From: Octopus sinensis
Lineage: Eukaryota
Direction: 5' to 3'
DNA length: 64,000 bases
Assembly (NCBI RefSeq): GCF_006345805.1
Contig: NC_043000.1
Span: 60,388,001 to 60,452,000, forward strand
The notes below the pieces were generated by a model. The model saw nothing but the letters and a program-made list of their open reading frames with translations, did not search any database and had not been told where the DNA came from. Below, piece by piece: positions 61,383 to 64,000 of the stretch (position 1 is the first letter of the stretch; the number at the start of each line of letters is the position of its first letter). The translations under genes and the position numbers were made by a program.

Positions 61383-62031
61383 ACTCAATTCCTTAACTCT
61401 TGTATTTTATTCACATACTAGACAACCCTGGCTGCCTACTGTGAAATATTAAAACAATTTTTTTCAGCTTAACATACTTTGATATGGAAAAAATCCACAA
61501 CTGTATACCTCAACAAACCACTATTGCTCTTAAAAGTTGTTTTTAATATTTTCTACTTGTTCCTCACACTGCTTGAAAACCGGAGTTGGTTTGTTTACAT
61601 CCTCACAATGAAAGAATAAATACAAGACTTTAAAAAATAAGTATACAAATCAATTTGTTTTGACTAAAACCCTTCAAGGAAATGCTCCAACATAGTAGCA
61701 GTCCAGTGATTGACACATGTAACAGATAAATTAGCTAAAAATTACTTAAGTTTCATTGATTTAGTTACCAATGCATCTTACAATAATTGTACAAAGTTAA
61801 TTGTATTCTTTATGTTTTTTTTTCCAGTTTATTATGATGGAGTTTTTTCACCAGCTTCTATATGTTTTCAAGTTATTTTTATTCCACATTCTCACATGTT
61901 GAACTGCCAAGCTACAGGTCATTTTCCTTATTTGCAACATATGTTGAATCATTACTTTGAAAGCAGCATCAATGTGAAGACATGTGGACACAGACACACA
62001 TGCATGCATGTATGCACGCATGCATGCACAT

Positions 62032-62063
<32 letters not shown>

Positions 62064-62347
62064 TCTTAGGTTTATCGAATCAACAGGCTCATTAAGCTGT
62101 AGCATATCTTGGTTTCCATGGCTTTCAGGCACAGGCTTGGTTGTGTGGTAAGAAGCCTGCTTTCCAACCACAAGGTTCCAGGTTCAATCCTACTACATGG
62201 CACTTTGGGCAAGTGACTTCTACAATAGCTTCAGACTGACCAAAGCCTTGTGAGTAGATTTGGTAGACCAGAAACTGAAAAAAGCCCAATGTATGCATAT
62301 ATATATATATATGTATGTATGTATGTATATATATATATATGTATATA

Positions 62348-62624
62348 TAATAATAATATTAGGGAGTAAATCCAAATTTACAGGGAAAAATTAGATTTAG
62401 GATTAAATCTAATTTTATAGTATAAATATATATTATATTAAATTAGAGATAAAACCACTATTAGGCAAATCAAACAGTGAAAATCATAAGCCAATACATA
62501 GAAAAAAATTAATAAAAAAAATATAAAATATAAATATAAAAAATATAAAATATAAAATTCCAAATTAAAATATTTAAATTAAAGTTTTGCCTAATAGTGG
62601 TTTTATCTCTAATTTAATATAATG

Positions 62625-62630
<6 letters not shown>
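62348..62630. mobile_element. (TA)n-flanked AT-rich element with internal 38-bp perfect inverted repeat (Penelope-like by inference)
   Basis: 62432-62469 is the exact reverse complement of 62586-62623. The left end is homologous to the reverse complement of 26284-26369. Confidence 0.6.
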
Positions 62631-62655
<25 letters not shown>

Positions 62656-63054
62656 GTACCTGATGTCACCCAGACTGTACTGATCAATACAGCACAATTG
62701 GATGCACAATATCTCACCCATAAAGGACAGTTGCAGGAAGGGTCGAAACAATCATTGTACTGGATAAAGACTAATGCCAAATCTATTTTCCACTTCATTC
62801 ATCAATTATTATTATCTTAACTAACACTGCGTAATTCCTAAAGTAGATCCAGCATAAATATACCCCAACTATAGATGACACCAGGTAGCCCAAACTGTGA
62901 ATATGCTTTGCTCAACACACTAATTGACATATACCTATTAGTTCAAAAAAATTACCTATATGTTTGTATGTGTGTGTGGGGGGGGGGCTAAAGTGTTTAT
63001 TTATTGACAGCAAAGTAAAGCATACATATGCCTTCACACTCACATCATGATCAG

Positions 63055-63290
63055 TATCATCATTTAACATCCATGTTCCATGCTGACTATGGTTGGACTG
63101 TTTGACTGGATCCAGTAGGTTCAAAGACTGCACTATGCTCCTGTGTATATATTGGCATGGTTTCTATGGCTGGATGCCCTTCCAAACACCAACCACTTTA
63201 CTGGGGGTACTGTGTGCCTTCTTTTTTGTGCCACCAGCACTACTGAGGTTGCCATGCAGCTTTGAGAACCCTTTGAAGAATGGGGATCAG
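63055..63290 (-). mobile_element. RTE-tail-type SINE or LINE 3' end, degenerate
   Basis: 'catcatttaacatccatgttccatgctg...ggctggatgcccttccaaacaccaaccac' matches the reverse complement of the 26840-27000 end. Confidence 0.65.
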
Positions 63291-64000
63291 TTTTATGCCA
63301 TGGGATGAAGTATTAGAGTGTGGGTGAAGTGAAGGTGATGCAGAGCAGGTTTTTGTAGAAGAGCTGCATGGTTATTTACATTTTTAGTAGGGGAGGAAGG
63401 GAATGATCAGTAGGAACTCTGAAGAGACAGATAGGAGGCAGCCCCACAAGGCTTGTTGTATACATATGTAAATAAAGAACTAAACTGGTATATTAACTCT
63501 AACATTATTTGACTATAGACATTTGAGAAGGTAAAATGATGAGGATATATTTGCATTGCATAACACAACTGAGATGTGAAAAGCATTAATTCATAGTATC
63601 CAGCTATTTGATAGGTGAAGGAGGAGATTTGTAAGAATAAAACTATTTTTGCTCATTTCATCCTTCAACGCATTAGTGCATATATCAAACCCACTTTTTT
63701 CTAGTAACAACATATTTTACTAACTCTAGTGACAATAACTGTTGGATTCTGAAACATTTCTGTATGTTTATATATTTTATATATACATGTGTAAGTGTTT
63801 ATGCTTCTGTCATGCAGAAACTATGTTTAAAAATTACTGACATGTTTGGTTCAAACAGCCAGGCCAACAATAAAATGACAATAAATAAAAAGAGAAATAA
63901 TGGTGTGTAATATTATTCATTATTCTTTGATTTAGTTAAATTTAAATAATTTTTAACTTAAATAAACATAACTTCTGTTACAATTGTATTTAATCACTTA

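Overview
AT-rich eukaryotic DNA dominated by repeats. The SINE and RTE families and the dense (TA)n, (GATA)n and (ATT)n microsatellites look like an octopus (coleoid cephalopod) genome; this is recognition from memory, not a database result. I cannot support any complete host protein-coding gene, and nearly all ORF-track entries are microsatellite or transposon artefacts. The interpretable content is mobile DNA. (1) A full-length but dead Buster/Charlie-type hAT transposon (29644-31947, perfect 8-bp TSD) and several hAT MITEs. (2) Several RTE-clade LINE fragments, a decayed RLE-type (R4/Dong-like) LINE and an L2/CR1-like RT remnant. (3) A non-autonomous Helitron and many tRNA-derived SINEs. 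(4) A Tx1/L1-like element encoding only ORF1, inserted into the tRNA-like head of a SINE. (5) Penelope-like fragments. The best hidden signals are a structurally complete type I hammerhead ribozyme (26486-26588) inside a (TA)n-punctuated mosaic, a second minimal hammerhead motif (about 61240), perfect fold-back palindromes centred on the RTE 3' tail, and a CpG-retaining domain at about 27.8-33.1 kb. That domain looks like an unmethylated promoter region and contains the hAT insertion.
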